Source: Pseudomonadota bacterium
Lineage (GTDB): Archaea > Thermoplasmatota > SW-10-69-26 > JACQPN01 > JAJPHT01
NCBI GenBank assembly: GCA_021325135.1
Contig: JAJPHT010000036.1
Location: forward strand, 32,001 to 96,000
Length of the DNA stretch: 64,000 bases
Direction of reading: 5' to 3'
The notes under the pieces were generated by a model. That model was given only the letters and a program-made list of their open reading frames with translations, was not told the DNA's origin and made no database searches. The stretch's first letter is position 1, and every line of letters starts with the position of its first letter. This document shows, in pieces, positions 55,610 to 64,000 of the stretch. Both the position numbers and the translations under genes were made by a program.

Positions 55610-55892
55610 TCCCTGATCCTCCGCTGACGGCGGGCAGCACGCGCACGACGTCCCCATCGGCGAGGCGCACCTCGCGAGGGTCCTGGTGCATGACCGGGAG
55701 CGCGTTGACGAAGAGGCCGATGTGGGGCCTCACGCGCCCGCGGTCGTCGAGGATGCGCTCCGCGAGGCCCGGCCAGCGCCGGCCCACTTCGGAGAGCGCG
55801 TCCGCCAGCGTCGCGGCGTCGAGGCGCACCTGGGGCTCGCCGGCCCAGTAGTCGCGCAGCGACCGCGGCAGCGTCAGCGTGACACCCGCCAT
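55593..55892 (-). CDS. MoaD/ThiS/SAMP ubiquitin-like protein with extension after the Gly-Gly
   Basis: LPRSLR...TLADAL...LFVN...LADGDVVRVLPAVSGG then SGNGRQG. Confidence 0.9.
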   Translation of the reverse strand: MAGVTLTLPRSLRDYWAGEPQVRLDAATLADALSEVGRRWPGLAERILDDRGRVRPHIGLFVNALPVMHQDPREVRLADGDVVRVLPAVSGGSGNGRQG

Positions 55893-55968
55893 CGGGCGGG
55901 GAGGCGCGGGCCTGCGTTTAGCGGTTTTGAGGTTCCGACCTTGGATTGCCACCCTGGTCAGGCTTGCC

Positions 55969-56046
55969 CGATGCAACCCGACCCCACGAACCACCGGACC
56001 AGAGTAAGACCCGTGGTCCGGTGGTTCGTGGGTTCGGGTTGCATCG
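55969..56046. repeat. Palindromic intergenic element, family P1 copy 3
   Basis: CGATGCAACCCGACCCCACGAACCACCGGACCA-12 nt-TGGTCCGGTGGTTCGTGGGTTCGGGTTGCATCG. Confidence 0.9.
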
Positions 56047-56076
56047 AGGAGCGTGATCAAAAGGAAAAAAAAAGTT

Positions 56077-56361
56077 TCACGCCGGCGCCAGGCCATTCTT
56101 CTGGAGGACCTTCTGCACCTCGCGCGCCAGCCGCTCATCGCGCTCCGTGAGCCGGCCCACGTCATGGGAGTACGTCACGATGCGGACGTTGTTGTAGCCG
56201 GTGAGGTGGAAGTCGGGGTGGTGCTCCAGCTCCTCGGCCAGGGGCGCGATCTCCTGCAGGAGGCGGACGGCAGCGAGGAAGTCCTCCGTCTGCACCTCCA
56301 CGGCGATGCGCTTGCCCTCGGCCTCCAGCTTCCAGCCCGGTGGCCACTTCAGGTCCGCCAT
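56077..56361 (-). CDS. Pterin-4a-carbinolamine dehydratase
   Basis: AEELEHHPD, YSHDVGRLTERDERLA. Confidence 0.9.
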   Translation of the reverse strand: MADLKWPPGWKLEAEGKRIAVEVQTEDFLAAVRLLQEIAPLAEELEHHPDFHLTGYNNVRIVTYSHDVGRLTERDERLAREVQKVLQKNGLAPA

Positions 56362-56362
56362 G

Positions 56363-58180
56363 TCAGGCGCCTAGGGGGCGCGCTGGCTTCAATTCGCCGG
56401 CCTCCGCCCGCTTCAGCGCCAGCGCCGCGCTGATGAGGCCCGCGTGGGGGAACCCCTGGGGGAAGTTCCCCAGGTGCTCGCCGCTCTTCTCGTCGATCTC
56501 CTCGGCGTAGAGGCCCAGGGGGCTCGCGCGCACGAGGAGGCTCTCCAGGAGGCGGCGCGCCTCCGCGACGCGCCCCTGGAGCGCCAGCACCTCGACGAGC
56601 CAGAAGGCGCAGTATGCGAACGTCGCCTCGCCGCCGGGGAGGCCGTCGTCGTTGCGGTAGCGGTACACGAGCCCGTCGGTCGCCAGCGTCTCGATGACGC
56701 AATCCGTCGTGCGCAGCATGCGCGGGTCGCGCGCGTCCACGAAGCCCACGAGGGGCAGGAGCAGGTTCGACGCGTCGGGCGCGACGAAGCCGTAGGCCTG
56801 CACGAAGCCCACCTCGGGGTGGACGCCGCGCTCGTCGACGTCGGCGCGGATGGCCTCGGCCTCGGAGAGCCAGGCGTCGGCGTCGCCCGCGTAGCCCTTC
56901 TCCCGCGCCAGGGCGGCGGCGCGCGTGAGGGCGGCCCACGCCATGGCCTTGCTCAGCACGAAGTGGCGCGGCTGCGCGCGCATCTCCCAGATGCCGCTGT
57001 CGGGCTCGCGCCACGTCTGCGCGACGCGCTCCGCGAGCCCGCGCACGATGGGCCACGCGCGGGGCCCCACGGCGCCCATGCCCGCGAGCGCGTCGACGAG
57101 CTCGCCGTACACGTCGAGCTGGCGCTGCTCGGCCGCGCCGTTGCCCACGCGGACCGGCGCGCTGCCGCGGTGCCCGCGCAGGTGCGCCAGCTCGCGCTCC
57201 GCGAGGTCGGTCTGCCCCGAGACGCTGTACATGATGCGCAGGTCGCCCGGCTCCCTCCCCAGCGTGCGCTCGACCCAGCTTGCGAAGGCGCGCCCCTCCT
57301 CGGGGTGGCCCACGTCGTGGAGCGCCCGGGCGCAGAGGGCCGCGTCGCGCAGCCACGCGAAGCGGTAGTCCCAGTTGCGCGCGCCGCCCAGCGCCTCCGG
57401 AAGGCTCGTGGTGGGCGCGGCGACGATGGCCCCGGTGGGCGCGTACTGGAGGAGCTTCAGCGCGAGCGCGCTGCGCCGCACCATGGGCGCCTCGGGGCCC
57501 TCGTAGCGCGTCTTCGCGCTCCACGCGCGCCACCGCGCGACGGCGCGCGCCTCCAGCGCGGCGGGGCCCATGGCGAGGGGCTCGTCGAAGGGCGCGGCCG
57601 CGACGAAGGGACGGTGCCGCAGCACGACGTCGAAGCGCTCCCCCTCGCCCACGACGAGCCGCGCCTCGCCCGCGAGGCACGCCTCGGGCGCCTGGAGGAG
57701 CATGATCTCCCCCGCGCCCCGCGCGAGGAGGCCCGCCGGCGTGCGCGCGAGGCGGGGCGTGACGGCGCCATACGCGAAGCGCGGGCGGAAGGAGAAGCCC
57801 ATCTCCACCGCGCCTTCGAGCCCCTCGACGCGCCGCACGAGCACCGCGTCCTCGACGCCCGCGTCCTCGGGGAACGGCATGAAGTCGCACACGCGCACGC
57901 GCCCGCGCTCCGTCGTGTGGACCGTCTCGAGCACGTTGGTGTCCGACACGTAGCGCATGAGGCTGGAGGCCTCCACCGTGGGCCCGAGGCGGAAGTGGCC
58001 CCCCGCCTCCGCGTCCAGGATCGCCGCGAACGCGCTGGGCGCGTCGAAGCGGCCAGGGCACCACCAGTCCAGCGTGCCGTCGCTGGCGAGCAGCGCCACG
58101 CTGCGCCCCTCGCCGATGGCGCCATGGTCCCCGATGGGCCGCTCCAGGCCGGCTGAGAGGCGGGCGAGTCTCTGGTCCAC
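56363..58180 (-). CDS. Glycoside hydrolase family 15 (trehalase/glucoamylase-like)
   Basis: AAPTTSLPE..GGARNWDYRFAWLRD, QLDVYGE, PDSGIWE, LYAEE, LGNFPQGFPH. Confidence 0.93.
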   Translation of the reverse strand: MDQRLARLSAGLERPIGDHGAIGEGRSVALLASDGTLDWWCPGRFDAPSAFAAILDAEAGGHFRLGPTVEASSLMRYVSDTNVLETVHTTERGRVRVCDFMPFPEDAGVEDAVLVRRVEGLEGAVEMGFSFRPRFAYGAVTPRLARTPAGLLARGAGEIMLLQAPEACLAGEARLVVGEGERFDVVLRHRPFVAAAPFDEPLAMGPAALEARAVARWRAWSAKTRYEGPEAPMVRRSALALKLLQYAPTGAIVAAPTTSLPEALGGARNWDYRFAWLRDAALCARALHDVGHPEEGRAFASWVERTLGREPGDLRIMYSVSGQTDLAERELAHLRGHRGSAPVRVGNGAAEQRQLDVYGELVDALAGMGAVGPRAWPIVRGLAERVAQTWREPDSGIWEMRAQPRHFVLSKAMAWAALTRAAALAREKGYAGDADAWLSEAEAIRADVDERGVHPEVGFVQAYGFVAPDASNLLLPLVGFVDARDPRMLRTTDCVIETLATDGLVYRYRNDDGLPGGEATFAYCAFWLVEVLALQGRVAEARRLLESLLVRASPLGLYAEEIDEKSGEHLGNFPQGFPHAGLISAALALKRAEAGELKPARPLGA

Positions 58181-58312
58181 CCCGCTCGTTCGCCCCCAGC
58201 CCGGAGATACCCGTTTCGATCTTCCGTCTTCGGCGCTCCGGCGTCCGCATGCCCGAGCCAACGACGGTTGAGCCGGAACGCTTGACTCCGTTGCCTGCCA
58301 CACGAGGACCTG

Positions 58313-59731
58313 ATGGAGACGCAAGGCGAGCGCCAGTCGGGGCTCCGGCTCGCGGTCAACACGCAGACGCCCCTCGTGCGCTTCCGCGACGCGGCCGCCA
58401 GCCTGGTCGGTCCGGTGAACCTCGACGGGCTCTCCGAAGGGGAGGACTACAAGTTCACCACCGGGGGCGTCACGCGGATGCTCCTCCCCCTGCTGACGAG
58501 CTGGCTGGAGAGCGGCTTCGCGCGGCGCGCCGAGTGGGTCGCGCTGGCGGCAGGCGAGCGGGCACCCGACCTCGACCACCAGGGCGTCCACCTCTCCTTC
58601 GTGGGCCACGAGGAGCCGACGACCCGGGGCTACGCGCAGGTGAAGGAGCGCCTCTGGTCGATCCTCAACTCGTACCCGGGCGGCCCGCGCCCCTACGGCG
58701 CGAAGGGCCTCTCCGAGGAGGCCTGGGCGGCGTTCGACGCGCACCAGGCGCGCAGCGCCGAGGCGCTGGAGAGGGCCGCGCGCCGCATGGGCGGGCTGGA
58801 CCTCCTCTACGTGCACGACTTCCAGCAGATCGGCGTCGCCGAGGCGTGGCGCGGCCCCGAGGTCCCCAAGGCGTTCCACCTCCACACGCCCTACCCCTCC
58901 ATCGTGCCGCCCGAGTGGCGCGACCTCTTCATCGCGCGGCTGGAGCGCTACGACGCCGTCATCGTGAGCACGCGCCGCTACGCGCACAACCTCCGCCGCG
59001 ACGGCCTGCGCCGGCCCATCCACGTCGTGCGGCCATTCATCGACCCCTCCGAGCACGCGAGGGCCCGGCCCGAGGACGTCGCCACGTTCCGGGAACGATA
59101 TCAGGTCCCGGAGCGCGACCTCGTCATCCTCAACGTGGGGCGCATGGACCCCATGAAGGGGCAGGACCGGCTCATCCGCGCGATGCCCTGCGTGCTGGGC
59201 GTCCTCCCCCACGCGCGCCTCGTCCTCGTGGGGAACGGCAGCTTCTCCTCGTCGAGCAAGGGGGGGCTGGGCCTCGACAAGGGCGCGCGCTGGCGGGCCC
59301 ACCTGGAGGAGCTGGCGAAGCGCCTGGGCGTCTCGCACCGCGTCACGTTCACCGGGCACCTGGAGGAGGGTCTCCTGCCTGCGGCCTACGAGGCCTCCTC
59401 GGTCTTCGCGCTGCCCAGCACGCGGGAAGGGTTCGGCCTCGCCGCCGTGGAGGCGTGGCTGCACGCCAAGCCCATCGTCGTCTCCGACCGCACGGGCGTC
59501 GCGGAGCTCGTCGAGCGCGACGTGAACGGCGCCGTGTGCGACTGCTCGGAGCCCGAGCCCCTGGCCGACTGCATCGTGGACATCCTGCGCGACCCCGAGC
59601 GCGCGGCCGAGATGGGGGCCGAGGGGCGTCTCGCGGCGCAGGAGGCGACGCTCCCCGTGGGCCGCGCCGCGCTGGAGGGCATCTTCGCCCCCCTCGCCGC
59701 CAAGGAGGTGCCGCATGCCCGCCGGGCGTGA
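58313..59731 (+). CDS. GT-B glycosyltransferase (GT4, TreT/OtsA-related)
   Basis: TTGGV, VHDFQ, FHLHTPYP, GRMDPMKG, STREGFGLAAVEA. Confidence 0.88.
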   Translation: METQGERQSGLRLAVNTQTPLVRFRDAAASLVGPVNLDGLSEGEDYKFTTGGVTRMLLPLLTSWLESGFARRAEWVALAAGERAPDLDHQGVHLSFVGHEEPTTRGYAQVKERLWSILNSYPGGPRPYGAKGLSEEAWAAFDAHQARSAEALERAARRMGGLDLLYVHDFQQIGVAEAWRGPEVPKAFHLHTPYPSIVPPEWRDLFIARLERYDAVIVSTRRYAHNLRRDGLRRPIHVVRPFIDPSEHARARPEDVATFRERYQVPERDLVILNVGRMDPMKGQDRLIRAMPCVLGVLPHARLVLVGNGSFSSSSKGGLGLDKGARWRAHLEELAKRLGVSHRVTFTGHLEEGLLPAAYEASSVFALPSTREGFGLAAVEAWLHAKPIVVSDRTGVAELVERDVNGAVCDCSEPEPLADCIVDILRDPERAAEMGAEGRLAAQEATLPVGRAALEGIFAPLAAKEVPHARRA

Positions 59732-60389
59732 GATCAAGGCCGTCGCCCTGGACTACGACCGCACGCTCACCACCGAGGACCTCCGCCCGGTGCCGCGCGC
59801 GCTGGACGTCATCGACCGCGCGCGCCGCGCGGGCCTCAAGGTCGTCGTCGTGTCGGGCCGCGGCATGGGCTACCTGGAGCGCGAGCTGGGCCGGCACGCC
59901 GACGCGCTGGTCGCGGAGAACGGCTGCCTCTGGAAGCTCGCGGGCGGGCCCGCGCGCATGACGCGCCCGACGCTGGGGGACGTGCGCAAGGCGCTGGAGG
60001 GGCTGGACGTGGAGGCGGAGTTCGGCGACGTGCTGGCCTCCGTCGACGCCGCGCACGCCGACCGCCTCGCAGACCACTTCCGGTCGCGCGGGCTCCCCCT
60101 GGACCTCGTGCGCAACCGCGACCGCGTCATGGTGCTGCCCCGCGGCGTCGACAAGGCGGTGGGCCTCCTCGCGGCGCTGCGCGCGCTGGGTGTCGACCCG
60201 CACGACTGCGCGGCCATGGGCGACGGCGAGAACGACGTGCCGCTCCTGCGCGCGGTGGGCCACGGCGTCGCCGTGCTCAACGCGGTGCCCCTCCTCAAGG
60301 AGGAGGCCGACGAGGTCGTGCCGCTGCCCGGCGGCGAGGGCGTCGCCCACTGGATCGCGGAGCGGTGGCTCGCGGAGGCGCGCGCGTGA
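59715..60389 (+). CDS. HAD-superfamily (Cof/SPP-like) phosphatase
   Basis: DYDRTL, SGR, AENG, GVDK, GDGEND. Confidence 0.9.
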   Translation: MPAGREIKAVALDYDRTLTTEDLRPVPRALDVIDRARRAGLKVVVVSGRGMGYLERELGRHADALVAENGCLWKLAGGPARMTRPTLGDVRKALEGLDVEAEFGDVLASVDAAHADRLADHFRSRGLPLDLVRNRDRVMVLPRGVDKAVGLLAALRALGVDPHDCAAMGDGENDVPLLRAVGHGVAVLNAVPLLKEEADEVVPLPGGEGVAHWIAERWLAEARA

Positions 60390-61381
60390 CCTGGGCCAGC
60401 GTGATCATCCCCTGCCGCAACGAGGCGGGCACGCTGGAGGCGTGCCTCGACGCGCTGGACCGGCAGAGCTTCCCCCGGGGCCGCTTCGAGGTGCTCGTCG
60501 TCGACGGCCAGTCCACGGACGGGTGCGGGGAGATCGCGCGCAAGCGCGGCGTCCGCCTGCTGGAGGACCCGGGCGACGGTCCCAGCGCCGCGCGCAACGT
60601 GGGCATCCGCGAGGCGAGAGGGGCGATCGTCGCCTTCACCGACGCCGACTGCGTGCCCTCGCCCGGCTGGCTCGCGGCCCTCCACGAGGTCTTCGCGGAG
60701 CGGCCCGCCTTGGGCGGCGTCGGGGGCGCGCTGCGCATGCCGCGCCGCACGCTCCTAGGCCGCCTGGAGGACAACGACGCGCGCGCGTTCTACCGCGGCG
60801 TCATCACGAGCAACGTCGCCTACCGGCGCGACGCGCTCCTCTCGGTGGGGGGCTTCGACGAGACGCTGGCGTGCGCCGAGGACTACGACCTCGCGTGGCG
60901 CCTGCGCGACGCGGGCTTCGAGGTCGTCCACGACCCGCGCCCCGTCGTCGTCCACGACCCGCCCGAGATCGACGGCTCCCTCTCCACGTACCTGCGCAAG
61001 CAGTTCTGGTACGCGCGCCACGACGTGCCCACGCACGCGCGCGCCCTCGCGCGGGCCAGGCGCGGCGCCTCGGGCTCGCGCGAGGCGTTGCCGGGCGTGC
61101 TGCTCAGCGCGCCGCCCGCGGGCCTCCTCGCGGCGGCCGCCGCGGGCGCCCTGGGGGGCGAGGCCTGGCTCGTGGCGGCGGGGCTCGCGGGCGCGGCCGC
61201 GCGCGCGACGCGGCGCGTGCTCAAGGGCGGCGCGGGGCGCGAGGCGCTCCCCATGATCGCGGTGGCGACGGCCAAGGAGCTGGCCCGCGGCGCGGGCACG
61301 CTGCGCGGGCTCGTGGACCTCGCTAGGTCTTCCTGGGCGCCCGCGCCGCCAGCGGCGGCGCCATGGCCGCAGGCGTCGTGA
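60386..61381 (+). CDS. Glycosyltransferase family 2
   Basis: SVIIPCRNE, VVDGQSTD, ARNVG, FTDAD, GGFDE, EDYDL. Confidence 0.92.
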   Translation: MTWASVIIPCRNEAGTLEACLDALDRQSFPRGRFEVLVVDGQSTDGCGEIARKRGVRLLEDPGDGPSAARNVGIREARGAIVAFTDADCVPSPGWLAALHEVFAERPALGGVGGALRMPRRTLLGRLEDNDARAFYRGVITSNVAYRRDALLSVGGFDETLACAEDYDLAWRLRDAGFEVVHDPRPVVVHDPPEIDGSLSTYLRKQFWYARHDVPTHARALARARRGASGSREALPGVLLSAPPAGLLAAAAAGALGGEAWLVAAGLAGAAARATRRVLKGGAGREALPMIAVATAKELARGAGTLRGLVDLARSSWAPAPPAAAPWPQAS

Positions 61382-62765
61382 CGGCGAAGCCCACGGGGTG
61401 CTCGCCCACGGCGCGCGACGCGTCCAGGTGCGCGTAGAGCGGGTCGGAGTCGACGCTCGTGGGCACGGCGCGTGCCAGTGCGCGCGCCTCCGCCTCGTCG
61501 AAGAGGATGGCTCCCGGAGGCGCGGGTGGGTCGGCGGAAAGCTGCGCCATGGCGTCGGAGAGCGCGCGCCACTCTGGCGCGTCCACGCTGTTGCCCCACA
61601 CGACGAACGCGCCATCCGCGGCGCGGCGCCACCTGCGGCCGTCGAAAGCGACGGCATGGCCAAGCTGGTGCAGCTCGCCCAAGGTGTGCATCGTGGGCGC
61701 GTCCCAGCCCTCGACCTCGTCCTCCGTCTCGACGCTCACCACGATGCGCATCGCGGTGTCGTAGCCCACGTGGGCGCGCGTCCTCAGGAGCGCCGCGAGG
61801 TTGGTCGCCGCGTCCTTGCGCGCGATGTGCAGGAACCCGAAGGGCCCCAGGGGCCCCCACGCGTAGTCGTACGCCTGGAAGACCATGACGTCAAGGCCCG
61901 CCTGCGCGATGCCGCGGTAGTCCACGCCGTGGAGGCGCGCGAGGGCGGGGTCGTAGTTCATGCAGTTGTACGCGGCGAGGATGCCGCCGGTGGCGTGGAC
62001 CGCCTCCGCCATGTCGCGGTAGTAGCCGGTCCATCGGTCGCAGCTCCACTGCACCCAGTGGTCCCAGTGGTGGGCTTTGATATCATCAGACGCCTCCTGC
62101 GTGGGGCCGCCGATGCGGCACCCCTCGTGGCGCTCGAAGGCGTGGTCCTCCGCGAACTCGGCGAGCCAGTCCTCGTGGAAGTCGAAGTGGCGCAGGTCCT
62201 TCCAGTCCTTGCCGTGGCGGCGGAAGCCCATGCCGCCGTCGCCCAGGAAGAGGCCGTCGAAGCCGAAGTCGCGGGCAAGCTGCGCGTAGCGGCGCGCGCT
62301 CCACCGGCTGTAGCGCTCGCCCTCGCGCACGTCGTGCTCGGGGTCGGCGCGCAGGCGGCGCAGCGGCGAGAAGTCGGCGTTCAGCTCCACCTCGTCCTGC
62401 CAGAGGTTGCCGTGCTGGTCGCGGATGAGAAGCTCGGGGTGGCGCTTGTCGACCCACTCGCACTCGTGGAGCCAGTAGCCGAAGAGCACCTGGACGCCCA
62501 GGTCGTGGAAGGCCGCGACCAGGCGCCGCAGGTCCTTGTGGCGCCACGCGTGCGCGTGCGGCCCGTGCCGGTTGAGGGGGACCTCCGCCTCGGGGTCGTA
62601 CCCCAGGTAGCCGTGGAAGAAGACCGGCTGGCGGTCCTCCATGACGCACACCCAGGCGGGCAGGCCCTGGGCCCTCGCCAGCCAGCTTGCCGCTCCCGCA
62701 TCCTCCAGGGAGGGATCGAACGCCCCGAGATCGACGCACACGCCCGCCGCGAAGCCCTCGCGCAT
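61323..62765 (-). CDS. Hypothetical protein, probable TIM-barrel glycoside hydrolase-like
   Basis: LRRLVAAFHDLGVQV, HPELL, FGFDGLFLGDG patterns recall GH TIM barrels. Confidence 0.65.
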   Translation of the reverse strand: MREGFAAGVCVDLGAFDPSLEDAGAASWLARAQGLPAWVCVMEDRQPVFFHGYLGYDPEAEVPLNRHGPHAHAWRHKDLRRLVAAFHDLGVQVLFGYWLHECEWVDKRHPELLIRDQHGNLWQDEVELNADFSPLRRLRADPEHDVREGERYSRWSARRYAQLARDFGFDGLFLGDGGMGFRRHGKDWKDLRHFDFHEDWLAEFAEDHAFERHEGCRIGGPTQEASDDIKAHHWDHWVQWSCDRWTGYYRDMAEAVHATGGILAAYNCMNYDPALARLHGVDYRGIAQAGLDVMVFQAYDYAWGPLGPFGFLHIARKDAATNLAALLRTRAHVGYDTAMRIVVSVETEDEVEGWDAPTMHTLGELHQLGHAVAFDGRRWRRAADGAFVVWGNSVDAPEWRALSDAMAQLSADPPAPPGAILFDEAEARALARAVPTSVDSDPLYAHLDASRAVGEHPVGFAVTTPAAMAPPLAARAPRKT

Positions 62766-62901
62766 CGAGGCCGGGGTCGGAGCCACCTCGCCTATGAAGC
62801 CTCGCTGGGCGTCGGTGCGACGGCGGAGAAGCGGGCAGCCCAGGGGGCGTGCGGGGATCGAGCCAGAAACGATTCTCCCCCGCTGGCCGCTCGCCGGCCG
62901 C

Positions 62902-63420
62902 ATGGACAACCTCCACGACCTTTTCGAGCACGAGCTGAAGGACATCTACGACGCCGAGAACAAGCTCGTCGCCGCGCTCCAGACGCTGGAGAGCGAGGCG
63001 GGCGACGAGAAGCTCCGCGAGGCGTTCCGCGCGCACCTCCAGGAGACGCGCGGCCACGTGCAGCGCCTGGAGAACGTCTTCGACATCTGGGGCCGGGAGC
63101 CCAGCCGGGGCGAGGGCTGCAAGGGCATCGACGGCCTCCTGGAGGAGAAGCGCTCGCTGGACCGCAAGGGCGACCTGGGCGAGCCCGTGCGCGACATCTT
63201 CAACGCCGGCGCGGCCGTGAAGACGGAGCGCTACGAGATCTCCGCCTACGAGGGGCTCATCGGCCTCGCGCGCTCGCTCCAGCTGGAGGACGTGGTCCAG
63301 CTCCTGCAGAAGAACCTCGACGAGGAGGTGGCCGCGCTGGAGAAGGTGAAGGGCATCCTGGACACGCGCCTCATGGGCGAGGTCCAGACGCGCCAGCAGC
63401 CCCGCCGCGCGACGCGCTGA
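62902..63420 (+). CDS. Ferritin-like DUF892 (YciE/YciF) stress protein
   Basis: ELKDIYDAE, HLQETRGHVQRLENVF, ERYEISAY, NLDEE. Confidence 0.92.
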   Translation: MDNLHDLFEHELKDIYDAENKLVAALQTLESEAGDEKLREAFRAHLQETRGHVQRLENVFDIWGREPSRGEGCKGIDGLLEEKRSLDRKGDLGEPVRDIFNAGAAVKTERYEISAYEGLIGLARSLQLEDVVQLLQKNLDEEVAALEKVKGILDTRLMGEVQTRQQPRRATR

Positions 63421-63425
63421 TCGCG

Positions 63426-64000
63426 TCACGAGAGGACCGGAAGCGCCTGCTCCAGGTCGAGGGCGGGCCGCCACAGGTCGCCCTTCTCCTCGACGCGCTC
63501 CAGCACGTCCTCCACGAGGAAGCGCATCCTCGCCGCCTCGCCGCTGCGCGCGACGGCCTCCACCTCCTCCCACGTCACGGGCGTCGAGACGGTGGGGAAC
63601 GCCTTCGCGCGAAGCGAGTAGGCGCACACCGTCGTCTTGTGGTCGTCGTTCTGGCTCCAGTCCACGAGCACGCGGCCCGGGCGCTCCGAGCGGCTCATGT
63701 TGGTCGTGACCGTCTCCGGCGTCTCGCGCTCCAGGATCTCGCCCACGGCGCGCGCGAAGGGCTTCGTCTCCTCGTAGGTCGTGGGCGTGTTCAGGGGGAC
63801 CATGACCTGGAGCCCCTTGGAGCCCGACGTCTTCGCCAGCGCGACGAGGCCAAGCTCGTCGAAGAGGTCGCGCACGCGCAGGCCCAGCCGGCAGCAGTCC
63901 ACGATGTCCGTGCCCTCGCCGGGGTCGAGGTCGAAGACGAGGCCGTCGGGCCGGGAGACGTCGCCCTTGCGGTGGAGGAACGTGTGCAGCTCCAGGTCGG
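63426..64000 (-). CDS. ligD: NHEJ LigD-type primase-polymerase domain (5' end outside window)
   Basis: Open frame reads LELH...PDGLVFDLDPG...KTSGSKGLQV...LVDWSQN...AYSLRA...VSTPVTWEE. Confidence 0.9.
   Translation of the reverse strand, partial: DLELHTFLHRKGDVSRPDGLVFDLDPGEGTDIVDCCRLGLRVRDLFDELGLVALAKTSGSKGLQVMVPLNTPTTYEETKPFARAVGEILERETPETVTTNMSRSERPGRVLVDWSQNDDHKTTVCAYSLRAKAFPTVSTPVTWEEVEAVARSGEAARMRFLVEDVLERVEEKGDLWRPALDLEQALPVLS

Overview
High-GC archaeal chromosomal DNA, most consistent with a Thermoplasmatota-like lineage. The evidence is archaeal class III prepilins, TrmB, KaiC/RAD55, Cdc48, Hef, CCA-less tRNAs, TATA-like boxes about 25-30 nt before many start codons, and a bacterial-type HU gene. 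About 62 genes and 2 tRNAs (Leu-CAA, Ile-GAT) can be supported. The first 22 kb is a surface and regulatory region. A type IV pilus operon (pilin, ATPase, TadC/FlaJ-type platform protein, two minor pilins) is bracketed by three TrmB paralogs with the same recognition helix, a KaiC-like protein lacking the Walker A lysine, and four small hypothetical genes. By eye these four share an apparently unnamed helix plus W-x11-W-x3-D domain (3 copies) and a helical domain that is a separate gene at one end and fused at the other. The pilus ATPase N-terminus may be a divergent fourth copy of the W-x11-W domain. This module is the best candidate for an undescribed system. Secreted disulfide-rich proteins and tandem lipoprotein paralogs follow. 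The middle holds housekeeping genes interspersed with several long intergenic palindromes built from 8-9 bp units; one family has 3 copies, with the loop apparently flipped in one. The right end has a ubiquitin-like/beta-propeller pair and a sugar/desiccation-stress cluster (GH15, OtsA/TreT-like GT, HAD, GT2, DUF892, LigD polymerase). All family calls are from motif recognition by eye; no searches were run.
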